Positions 11,381 through 20,351 of a stretch of 64,000 nucleotides of DNA are shown in pieces. The position numbers and the translations under genes were made by a program. Source of the DNA: Reichenbachiella sp. (GTDB taxonomy: Bacteria > Bacteroidota > Bacteroidia > Cytophagales > Cyclobacteriaceae); NCBI RefSeq assembly GCF_039944555.1, contig NZ_JBDUYN010000009.1, positions 128,404 through 192,403 of the forward strand. The letters are read 5' to 3'. Every line of letters begins with the position of its first letter. Position 1 is the stretch's first letter. Under the pieces are notes generated by a model. That model was not told the DNA's origin. It saw nothing but the letters and a program-made list of their open reading frames with translations, and did no database searches.

Positions 11381-12838
11381 ATGAAAATTAAGTATTTATT
11401 AATTGCAGCCATTTTTTCTTTCCAGCACACAATTCTGTGGGCGCAGGAAATAGATCAGGCCAAAATGGATCGTGATCTGAAAATAGCCGAAGATATTGTA
11501 TCCTCACTAATAAAGAATGAGTCCAATGATGGAAGATTCTTTGCTGCCAATCCAAAAGCCACCTATATCCCAAGCTTTGGAGTCATTATAGATATCAGTG
11601 CGGCAGGTAGATTCTATTCCCCTGGCTTTGGTGACTCCTTCAATTTAAATTTCAACATAAATGATGAAAATTTCAGAATAGATATCGATGAAATGGTAGA
11701 ACTGGAAATGCAGGCAGAGATGCTGCAAAAACAGGCTGAAGAAATCGAACGTCATTCTGAAATAGTGGCAAGAGAAAACGAAAGAATTGCCCGAGAACAT
11801 CAACGAGCACTCGAAGAAAAGGAAAGAGAATTGGAACGAGAAATGGAGCGAGTAGAACGCGAGCGCGAAAAAGAAAGGGATAGACTAGATCGTGAAAGGG
11901 ACAGAATGGAGATCAAAAGAAGAGAAGTAGATAGATATGTCACTGAGAGCCAAAATAGTGATGACGAATACACCTATAGGTATTCATATAGTAAATCCGA
12001 TGACGATGACCGAAGTTCAGACAAAAATTATGAAAGAGAATACGACAAAGAGTATGAAAGACGGGGCTACCAAAAAGACTTTGAAGATTTAAAGCCTCTT
12101 TATATGGGGGTAATCACGACTTTTTTAGCCGACTATGCAGACTTAATTGGCCAACTTCAGGATCATGAACAAATCATGCTTGTGGCTAAAGGCGGACCTC
12201 AATCTTATGGCCAAATTCACTTTCTAACACCAGATGAGGGAGGTAAATTCAGCGGAGCATCAAGTAGAAAGAATGTAGCTGACTTCAAAGCAGGACGAAT
12301 CTCAAGAACAGCTTTTGAAGATCGGATCAACTTTGTAGAGAGCAAGGGATCCGAAAAGAAGGCAGCCGATCTTGAACTTTTCTCGAGCATCTTTCAACGA
12401 TTATACAAAACTGACCTAGCGACCACTTACTATACCTCAACTCCGATTTCCTACGAAAGATTGAAAAACTTTGGGGTCATCTACAAAATGAGGCTCAATT
12501 CCTTTACTCCTATGGGAAGGGACAATTATCGAATAGCTACTCAAAAGTATAGTAATTTAAGTCGGGACGAGCGTGACAGAAAAGTAAATGAACTATATCC
12601 TCAGTTTATAAGCGAACTCAAGCAAAACATAGTTGACTACGGAAAAACAATCAAAAGTCTCGAGGCTGATGAATCCATTTTGTTTCAGATTAGAATGAAC
12701 GAGTGCAACAGCTGTGACATACCCAGAGAAATCAACGTTTTGGTGAAAAACCAAACCTTATTGGACCTTGAGTCTGGCAAAATCAACGAAGGAAACGCCA
12801 TTCAGCAAATAAAAGTCCACGATGATGGCAAGTCGTAA
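11381..12838 (+). CDS. Secreted protein with internal domain duplication and E/R-rich charged helix
   Basis: Signal peptide (..ILWAQ); long E/R/K tract in the middle; 9 nt from the anti-sigma gene. Confidence 0.75.
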   Translation: MKIKYLLIAAIFSFQHTILWAQEIDQAKMDRDLKIAEDIVSSLIKNESNDGRFFAANPKATYIPSFGVIIDISAAGRFYSPGFGDSFNLNFNINDENFRIDIDEMVELEMQAEMLQKQAEEIERHSEIVARENERIAREHQRALEEKERELEREMERVEREREKERDRLDRERDRMEIKRREVDRYVTESQNSDDEYTYRYSYSKSDDDDRSSDKNYEREYDKEYERRGYQKDFEDLKPLYMGVITTFLADYADLIGQLQDHEQIMLVAKGGPQSYGQIHFLTPDEGGKFSGASSRKNVADFKAGRISRTAFEDRINFVESKGSEKKAADLELFSSIFQRLYKTDLATTYYTSTPISYERLKNFGVIYKMRLNSFTPMGRDNYRIATQKYSNLSRDERDRKVNELYPQFISELKQNIVDYGKTIKSLEADESILFQIRMNECNSCDIPREINVLVKNQTLLDLESGKINEGNAIQQIKVHDDGKS

Positions 12839-12860
12839 GATTAATTTCAAGTATAGTCTG

Positions 12861-12889
12861 GGGACGCCTTAAGCAAGCGTCCCTTTTTT
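12861..12889 (+). terminator. Rho-independent terminator
   Basis: GGGACGC-N9-GCGTCCC followed by T6, between convergent genes. Confidence 0.8.
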
Positions 12890-12893
12890 ATTG

Positions 12894-14339
12894 TCATAGA
12901 ACAAACATCTTAGCAACCTGTTCTTCATCGTCCTCTATCGCTTGCTTCTGGAGAGTAAAATCATTCGTTTTGACGTCATAGACGTAATCGTTCTTTAAGT
13001 CTTCTTTGTTCTTAGCAATAAACTCAATTGCATCCAATGCATAATCAAGTTCCTGATCGGTCATTGTCGGATGCAAGGATATTCTGGCCCACCCCGGTTT
13101 ACCGGTAAGGTTCTGCTTGTCGATTCCATCAGTTAGTCGCTTAGATTGTGAAGCATCCAACTCAAATAAGTAATGGCAATAGGTACTTGCACAAGCCCAA
13201 CCTCCTCTGATCTGAATGCCAAATCTATCATTCATTATTCTTACAACGGCATTGTAATGAATGTCATCAATATTGAACGACACGACTCCGATGCGTTTGG
13301 ATTGTTGCTCTCCTACGATCCTCACCCCTTCTATTTTATTCAGCCTATCAAATGCCATCTTTACTAATTCCTCCTCTCTATCCTCAATATGATCGGTACC
13401 CATTTTTTCTTTTAGTCGAATAGCCAAAGCTGCTCTTATCGCTTGCAAAAAGCCTGGAGTACCGCCGTCCTCTTTTGCTTCTTCACTTGAAGTAAACCCA
13501 TACTCCCCCCAAGGGTTTGTCCAGGTCACATTGCCTCCACCGGGCACACAGGATTTCCCATTATACATTTTTTTATCGAAAAGCATGACACCACATGCGC
13601 CCGGACCACCCAAAAACTTGTGTGGAGAAAAGTAAATTGCATCTAACCTTTGCAATTCATTCTCAGGATGCATATCTATTGGTACATAGGGTGCTGTGGC
13701 GGCATAATCTACAAAACAATAGCCACCATTGGTGTGCATTACTTCTGCCATTTCATGAATAGGTGTAATTGTCCCTGTTACATTCGACCCTGCCGTAAAG
13801 GCCCCGATTTTAAGTTTTCTATCCTTATATTTATCAATCTCTTGTTGAAGTAAATTAAGATCAATTGTCAGATCCTTTCCAGGTGGAACAATGACAACAT
13901 CCGCGATAGTTTCCATCCAAGAAACGTGATGAGAATGATGTTCCATATGTGTGATAAACACAATTGGGCGTTCACTTGCTGGTACTTTCACACTGTTATT
14001 TTGAACACAAAGACCCAAAATTTGCTGCAGCCTAATCACCCCTCCTGTCATTCCTGAACCGGTTAAAACAAGCATGTCGTTTTCAGAGGCATTTACATGA
14101 TCTTTGATAATCTGCTTGGCTTGGTTATAGGCCATGGTCATCAGACTTCCAGTCTTATTCGAGTAAGAGTGAGTATTTGCAACCCAGGGTCCGAATTTAT
14201 TGGAAATGGCGTCTTCAATTGGTTTATAAAGTCGTCCGCTAGCCACCCAGTCGGCATATAACATTTTAAAACTCCCGAAAGGTGTATCGAAAGATTGGCT
14301 AAGGCCGACGATATTTTTTCTTATCTCATCGAAATTCAT
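12894..14339 (-). CDS. Aminotransferase class V (cysteine desulfurase-like PLP enzyme)
   Basis: YADWVASGR, HMEHHSH, FTAGSNVTG, VDYAA, FSPHKFLGGPG (PLP lysine), GGTP, RGGWACA. Confidence 0.88.
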   Translation of the reverse strand: MNFDEIRKNIVGLSQSFDTPFGSFKMLYADWVASGRLYKPIEDAISNKFGPWVANTHSYSNKTGSLMTMAYNQAKQIIKDHVNASENDMLVLTGSGMTGGVIRLQQILGLCVQNNSVKVPASERPIVFITHMEHHSHHVSWMETIADVVIVPPGKDLTIDLNLLQQEIDKYKDRKLKIGAFTAGSNVTGTITPIHEMAEVMHTNGGYCFVDYAATAPYVPIDMHPENELQRLDAIYFSPHKFLGGPGACGVMLFDKKMYNGKSCVPGGGNVTWTNPWGEYGFTSSEEAKEDGGTPGFLQAIRAALAIRLKEKMGTDHIEDREEELVKMAFDRLNKIEGVRIVGEQQSKRIGVVSFNIDDIHYNAVVRIMNDRFGIQIRGGWACASTYCHYLFELDASQSKRLTDGIDKQNLTGKPGWARISLHPTMTDQELDYALDAIEFIAKNKEDLKNDYVYDVKTNDFTLQKQAIEDDEEQVAKMFVL

Positions 14340-14361
14340 TGGATCACTGTTGTTTGGGTTG

Positions 14362-14391
14362 CAAATTTACACATCTCGTTGAATGAACAAA
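14362..14391 (-). promoter_or_regulatory. Bacteroidota sigma70 promoter for the aminotransferase
   Basis: Minus strand reads TTTG-N18-TAAATTTG(C), 22 nt upstream of the ATG. Confidence 0.55.
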
Positions 14392-14510
14392 TTAATTCAA
14401 GACCTTAGTCAATAGAATAAAAATTGACACTGGCCTTCTGAGCAAAATTTGTTTATTTTGTCCCATCTTAATATCCCTTTGGTCGCTCATATTCACCATA
14501 AAACTCAAAA

Positions 14511-16430
14511 ATGAGATTTTTAATTTTTCTGTCGTTCTTCTTGGGGATTAGTATAAAGTCAGTCGCAACCACATCACTCCAGCCCATATCTCAAATTGAT
14601 AGTTTAAAGCTAGTCTTAAGTACCTCAACGGACAGTGTTCTGGCAGATGTATACAATCAGATCAGCTGGAATTACAGAAATGTTAATATAGATTCTTCCA
14701 TACACTTTGCTCAACTCGCAAACGAGTTGTCGATACAAATTAATTATCTCAACGGGATCAACCATAGTCTCAACTATCTCGGAATTGCCTATAGGAACAG
14801 AAGCAACTATTCCAAGGCCTTGGAACTCTTCTTTGAGGCACTCAAATCTTCCGAATATTCAAAGGATCTTGAGGAAATAAGCTACACGCTAATCAATATA
14901 GGTAACATCTATATCTTCCAGACCAATTATGATGGAGCCATTGATTATTTTCAACGTGCACTTGAAAATGCCAAAATGATAAACAACGATAATATCATTG
15001 CTTATTGTTATTTAAACATCGGTAGATCTTTAGTAGGTCTTAAACAGTATCAAAAAGCTGAGGAGAACTACAAAAAAGCACAGGAAATAAGGGTCAAAAT
15101 GAATGACCTCGAAGGAATAGTAATATCCAATGTCGATATGGCCGAATTGTATATCAAGCAAAACCTTCCAGACAAAGCCCAAAAACTTCTTAAAGAGAAT
15201 TTGGTCAATGTAAAATTGATGGACCATAAAAGCACTTTGAGTTACAGTTACATCAATATTGCACGTACCTATTTGATGAAAAAAGACTTGGCCCTTGCCA
15301 AAAAGTATGTAGAAAGAAGCATGGAGATCAATAGAATTCATGGGTTAAAGAACAACGAAACACAAGCGTTGCAGTTATTGTCAGAAATACTAGAAGAATC
15401 GAAAAATTATAACCAGGCTTTATCTTATTTCAAGAAGTATGTCGCAACCAAAGATTCTATTTTCAACGAAGAGAACACCAGAAAGATCGAGTCCTTGCAT
15501 GATCAGTATCAGACCGAAAAGGCCGAGGTCGAAACCCTTCATCTTCGAGAGCAGTCTCGTTTGAACGGAGTTATAATAAAACGCCAACGAGCCATTATTA
15601 TACTAACTGTAATTGCTAGTTTATTATTTCTCACGGTAGCTTTAGTGGCTTTTTGGTCTAGTAACGAACGAAAGAAGTTGAATGCTAAAATAGAAGAGCA
15701 AAAGGAACAGGCCTTCAAACATAATAATGACTTGATTGATATCAACAATGAAAAAAATAACCTGATACGAATTCTTTCTCATGATTTGCGCGCACCAATT
15801 AATAATATCAAGGGACTAACTGAAATTCATCAAACTGATCATAAAGAAGACTTTTCAGAATCAGAAAACCGAACGCTGAATCTAATTAAGAGTGAATCTG
15901 ATAGAATCTTGTCAATGATTAGTAAAATACTGAACGTGGAAGCGTTGAATGTAGAATCGAAAAGAGATAAGAATGAAAAGGTAAATATTACTAAAGTGCT
16001 GGATGACACCATTGTGAGTTTTAGCACAACGGCCAAATCAAAGCAGATCAAGATAGAAGGTTCTTATCCTAGACAGGAATTGATGATACTTGGAGACAAG
16101 GTTCACTTGCATCAGGTGTTAGAAAATCTCGTTTCCAATGCTCTTAAATTCTCTAAGGCCGAAACTAAAATAACAATTGATCTAAAAACCACTGGAAAGC
16201 TGGTTCAAATTTCAATTCAGGATGAAGGACCAGGACTGACTGAAGACGATAGAGAAAAAATATTCAAAAAATTTCAAACACTGAGTGCAAAACCAACTGG
16301 AAATGAAGTTTCCACCGGTCTTGGGTTATCAATTGTCAAAAAGTATGTAGAGCAAATGAAAGGAAAAATTTGGTACGAAAGTCAATTTGGTAAAGGCACC
16401 AAGTTCATCGTCCAATTTTCATTAGCTTGA
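14511..16430 (+). CDS. TPR-containing sensor histidine kinase
   Basis: Signal peptide, several TPRs, one TM, H-box LSHDLRAP, N-box ENLVSNALKF, DEGPG and GLGLSI. Confidence 0.92.
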   Translation: MRFLIFLSFFLGISIKSVATTSLQPISQIDSLKLVLSTSTDSVLADVYNQISWNYRNVNIDSSIHFAQLANELSIQINYLNGINHSLNYLGIAYRNRSNYSKALELFFEALKSSEYSKDLEEISYTLINIGNIYIFQTNYDGAIDYFQRALENAKMINNDNIIAYCYLNIGRSLVGLKQYQKAEENYKKAQEIRVKMNDLEGIVISNVDMAELYIKQNLPDKAQKLLKENLVNVKLMDHKSTLSYSYINIARTYLMKKDLALAKKYVERSMEINRIHGLKNNETQALQLLSEILEESKNYNQALSYFKKYVATKDSIFNEENTRKIESLHDQYQTEKAEVETLHLREQSRLNGVIIKRQRAIIILTVIASLLFLTVALVAFWSSNERKKLNAKIEEQKEQAFKHNNDLIDINNEKNNLIRILSHDLRAPINNIKGLTEIHQTDHKEDFSESENRTLNLIKSESDRILSMISKILNVEALNVESKRDKNEKVNITKVLDDTIVSFSTTAKSKQIKIEGSYPRQELMILGDKVHLHQVLENLVSNALKFSKAETKITIDLKTTGKLVQISIQDEGPGLTEDDREKIFKKFQTLSAKPTGNEVSTGLGLSIVKKYVEQMKGKIWYESQFGKGTKFIVQFSLA

Positions 16431-16453
16431 CTTCCCGTAACTAAACAGAATAA

Positions 16454-17887
16454 TTACTTAACCAATAAAAACTCATAGTTGTTGCAAGCATTGTACAATG
16501 CATAAACTACAAGGTCCGGTTGTGTAGGAATGGGGTAGTACAAGGCAAATATTTCCCCTCCTCCTACTCCAAAAATTTCATCCGTAATAGACCCTAGATT
16601 AGTTCGTTCTTCAGCCGTCAAAGTTGAAGGATAATAATCATCAACAGGATCGGCGCTAGTAGTAAATTGAATCTCAAGTTTATTACCCGTTGTTGCAACC
16701 ACATCAAACTTTCTTAATGCGATTTTTTGATTTCCCGCATCATCTTCGTAATAAAGACCAACAGCATTTTGTGGTTGTGGATCTGCGTCTGTATCTACGT
16801 ATCCATAGTTAAACCCAAATCCTGTTGCCTCAGGAAAGTACTTGTTGATAGAACCATTTTCGGACTCTGACATAGAGAGGCCATTTGCATCTGCTACAAA
16901 GAAAACATTAACGCTATACGGAGACTCCGATTGGGGCACGAATTCAGTCCCCTTCACGTCGAATAAGGTCTTATACAAAGTCGCATTACCTAAACCTGCC
17001 GAAGATCCAGTATATATGGGAGAGTTGGTAGTTCCTCCAGTACAGAACACTTCGCCCGTTTCTGTAAAATTACTTAATGTGATTTCTGAAAAGGTATAAT
17101 TTGACCCTGCATGACTAAAGCTTATTGGTTCGCTTAACACCAATTTACCATTGAAGAAGCCATAACCAGTAGTGTGATCCAGCTCCTGCATATTGTCATT
17201 AGTAATCACTTCCATCGTAGTGAGTCCTTCTGCTACTCCACGGATTGTCAAATTACGCTGAGCAACGTCTATACTCCAAAAAATGGAAATGTTTTGATCT
17301 GTCAATGCAATCTGCTGAGTGGATCCCGCAAACAGTGAGCTGATGGTATCATAGGCTAATAAATTTTCGGACAGCTCCCTGGAGAAAACATTTGCCGCAC
17401 TTGCTCCTGCCGGAACTAATGAAATAATAGTTTGATCACTTAAGTTGTCAGACTTACTTAAGAAACGAAGGTTTTCGTTTTCCCAATCAAGATAATAAAA
17501 CTCGAACTCAGCACCGAAAGTGGAAGAATTCTGTTCGAACAAATAGTGAAACACGCCATAAGTCTCAAATATGAGTTCCAGATTCAGGCGAGAATCAATT
17601 CTGTATGCAACAGTTTGATCAAAAAAGTAATCATTGTCTCCTGGTACATCAGATTGGATGCGCACACTTCCATCATCGTTGAAATTGAGAAGCATATAAT
17701 ATACACCCGACTCTTCAGTGGGTTGATAGTTCAATGTCCAACCATTTGCCGGAGCAATAAGGTCATTTTCAAGATCGTTAATGGCCGCTGCAGTTCTCTC
17801 AGCAGGTGGTGTCAATTTCTCTAAATCATTACTACAAGAAGTAACAAACAAAAAAGCAGCTATATGTATGACTTTAATCCCTTTCAT
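16454..17887 (-). CDS. DUF4302-like lipoprotein
   Basis: Lipobox VTSC; L..A.NGW.L.Y.P, ELIFETY..FH and DFE/EFE-type motif; last gene of the SusC/D operon. Confidence 0.75.
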   Translation of the reverse strand: MKGIKVIHIAAFLFVTSCSNDLEKLTPPAERTAAAINDLENDLIAPANGWTLNYQPTEESGVYYMLLNFNDDGSVRIQSDVPGDNDYFFDQTVAYRIDSRLNLELIFETYGVFHYLFEQNSSTFGAEFEFYYLDWENENLRFLSKSDNLSDQTIISLVPAGASAANVFSRELSENLLAYDTISSLFAGSTQQIALTDQNISIFWSIDVAQRNLTIRGVAEGLTTMEVITNDNMQELDHTTGYGFFNGKLVLSEPISFSHAGSNYTFSEITLSNFTETGEVFCTGGTTNSPIYTGSSAGLGNATLYKTLFDVKGTEFVPQSESPYSVNVFFVADANGLSMSESENGSINKYFPEATGFGFNYGYVDTDADPQPQNAVGLYYEDDAGNQKIALRKFDVVATTGNKLEIQFTTSADPVDDYYPSTLTAEERTNLGSITDEIFGVGGGEIFALYYPIPTQPDLVVYALYNACNNYEFLLVK

Positions 17888-17890
17888 GAT

Positions 17891-18790
17891 TTATAATCTA
17901 GATTGAACAGCAGCTCTCAAATCATCCAAATCAACACCAGTTACTTTTAGGTAGTGGTCCTTGATTGAATTCAATTTCTCCAAAACAAATTTTCTTCCTT
18001 CATTTCGATCTTCACAAGCTGCTGTGGTGCAGTTTTCTTCCAATGTGATATAGGTATCAAAGAAATCTTTATCAAACATGTAGAAGGCTACTGTTTCTGC
18101 AAAATCTTCATTAGGGCTACTTGTTGCATATGGAGTAACATATCCCCTTTGCAAAGCCTGCTCTTCGGTCACATTAAACCAGGATCCCGCACTGCTATAT
18201 CCTGATGAAGTAATTTCCTCAAAAGCTGTAGGTAATTTGAACTGCTGGTGAACTGTATGAGAAAATTCATGATAAACAATATTTAATTGCCTGGTTAACC
18301 ACTCTTCATCAGTCAAATCAAAAGAATTTACATCCGTAAATGTAATTCGAGCCCCGGCATCTGCAGTACCAAGCGTCTGTGTACCATCGCCGTTAAATAT
18401 CGGGCCGCCCAAAAACACCAATTCAGCTGGAACATAACTTCTGAAAAATTCTTCCCCTCCCGGAGCGTCAGCAAACACGCCAACCCAAAATTCATCAACA
18501 AAATCAAGCATCGGTCTCACCAATTCAAGTTTTGGAGGAGCTACTCGCTGGCCTGGATCAACAAAATTATCTACAAACTTATAACGGATAGCTATTCCAT
18601 ATTTCTGAACAAAATTTTCATCAATGTACTTGTCAAGATCAGAAACAGGCTCATCTACAGCGTTTACCGGAGTATCCAGCTTATCTTCTTCAAAGCAGGA
18701 AACGGTCAGAAATAGCAAACCTAAAAATAGGAGTGAACTGATACCTGTTAAATACCTCCTTACTTTACCATGATTAATCTTTCTGCTCAT
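17891..18790 (-). CDS. Substrate import-associated zinc metallohydrolase lipoprotein
   Basis: Lipobox TVSC; YHEFSH Zn motif; GYVTPYATSSPNEDFAE. Confidence 0.85.
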   Translation of the reverse strand: MSRKINHGKVRRYLTGISSLLFLGLLFLTVSCFEEDKLDTPVNAVDEPVSDLDKYIDENFVQKYGIAIRYKFVDNFVDPGQRVAPPKLELVRPMLDFVDEFWVGVFADAPGGEEFFRSYVPAELVFLGGPIFNGDGTQTLGTADAGARITFTDVNSFDLTDEEWLTRQLNIVYHEFSHTVHQQFKLPTAFEEITSSGYSSAGSWFNVTEEQALQRGYVTPYATSSPNEDFAETVAFYMFDKDFFDTYITLEENCTTAACEDRNEGRKFVLEKLNSIKDHYLKVTGVDLDDLRAAVQSRL

Positions 18791-18791
18791 A

Positions 18792-20351
18792 TTATCTCGC
18801 GTTAGGTTCTAACCCTCCCACTTCTATAGCTGAAGTAGGAATCTGCAATACTTTTCTCTTATCATCGCTTTGCAACGTACCTATTACCGAACCACTCGGA
18901 CCCAGATGATCAAATGATATGCTATATCTCTTAATATCAAACCAACGCATCCCTTGTCCCAAAAATTCTTTACGACGTTCCAATAGAAGGTAATTGAGCA
19001 AAATATCCTGATTCGAAAAGTCGGGATCACTATCTCGCCCAAAAAATGTTCTTAAACCTGCAAGAGAAAGAGTAACATCGGCACCAGAGTACCTCCTATC
19101 TGTAAGTACCTGAAGGTCCGCCAATGCTTCATCCAGATTATTGCCATATAAATTCGCTTCTGCCCTATTTAGCAAAACTTCTTCTCCCCTAAAAACCGGT
19201 GCAATGTGATAAGGAGTACCCACGTTTGAATTGATACTATTTCTCTCAAATAAACTTTCATACCTTACCGGAAACAGTGCATTCTGACCTTTGACAAATG
19301 CCGGGTTTTCCCTTTCATCTGTGGCTTCATCAAATGGGTGCGTCGCAAACAAACTCCCATAATCATTTCTATCAATACCATAAGCGAAATCAGTACGCTG
19401 TACCAGTGAAATTTTCCTCATCAACATCAAATTGCTGGATAAGTCCGGTGAAGCATATAGCTGAGGAAAACCCGTAATCGATGACTCTGCTGCTTTAAAC
19501 TCTGTGGAAGTCAGATCACGTACAAATGCCTCGGGGTTACTTCCTAATAGTTGATCGCTGTATTCCAAACTTCGGATGAAGTCTGCCTTGTAAAGATAGA
19601 ATCTCGCAGCAAAAGCCAACGCTGCGTTTCTATTAAAATGATACTTACCACTATTTGTAAAATAGGTATCATCCAACAAATCCAATCCAAGCCTCATGTC
19701 ATCTTCTATCTCGTCATACACTTTCTTAACCGTTGGTCGTTCATATTCTACTAAAAATTCTGTTTCAGGGGTTTCGATATACGGCACACCCAATCCAGAA
19801 CCCCTATTCACAAAATTGAACTCTTCGCTAAATAAATTAACCAGCATAAAGTGTCCATATGCCCTTGTCAGCAATGCTTCAGATTTAATTGCATCTCGTC
19901 TTGCTTTTTCTGAGTCGTCAATTTCAAGATCATCGAGAATCTGTAAGACTTCATTGGCATGAGAAATCGCGGTATAAGTCTGATACCAGAAAAAACCAGG
20001 AGTATCTTGCTCGGTGGGGTCTGAGGTTGGATCACCCCATGTGTACATTTGCTGATGTGACGGTCTCAAAGTAGTTCCAACGGTATAAGTGAAGTCATCT
20101 GTCATCCAATCTGTAAAGGCAAAGCTTGCATCCGAATAGGCATTCGTCAACAACTGTGCTGCTTTATCCAAATCGTCTAATGACACTCTGTCATCTGGCA
20201 CTTCCTCGAGAAACGAGTCACATGATGTAAAGGCCAACATAAGCACCAGGCTTACCCTTCTGAATTGAGATGAGAGCGTTGTCAAATTCATTAAGCTCAG
20301 CTTGAAAGTCCTCAATATTTGTATCAATTTCTTCATAGGATTAAATGCCAA
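18792..20351 (-). CDS. RagB/SusD family lipoprotein
   Basis: FTSCDSFLEEVPD, EALLTRAYGHF.LVNLF, FRGEEVLLNRAEA, ERRKEFLGQGMRWFDIKR; start probably 20336 or later. Confidence 0.93.
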   Translation of the reverse strand: MAFNPMKKLIQILRTFKLSLMNLTTLSSQFRRVSLVLMLAFTSCDSFLEEVPDDRVSLDDLDKAAQLLTNAYSDASFAFTDWMTDDFTYTVGTTLRPSHQQMYTWGDPTSDPTEQDTPGFFWYQTYTAISHANEVLQILDDLEIDDSEKARRDAIKSEALLTRAYGHFMLVNLFSEEFNFVNRGSGLGVPYIETPETEFLVEYERPTVKKVYDEIEDDMRLGLDLLDDTYFTNSGKYHFNRNAALAFAARFYLYKADFIRSLEYSDQLLGSNPEAFVRDLTSTEFKAAESSITGFPQLYASPDLSSNLMLMRKISLVQRTDFAYGIDRNDYGSLFATHPFDEATDERENPAFVKGQNALFPVRYESLFERNSINSNVGTPYHIAPVFRGEEVLLNRAEANLYGNNLDEALADLQVLTDRRYSGADVTLSLAGLRTFFGRDSDPDFSNQDILLNYLLLERRKEFLGQGMRWFDIKRYSISFDHLGPSGSVIGTLQSDDKRKVLQIPTSAIEVGGLEPNAR

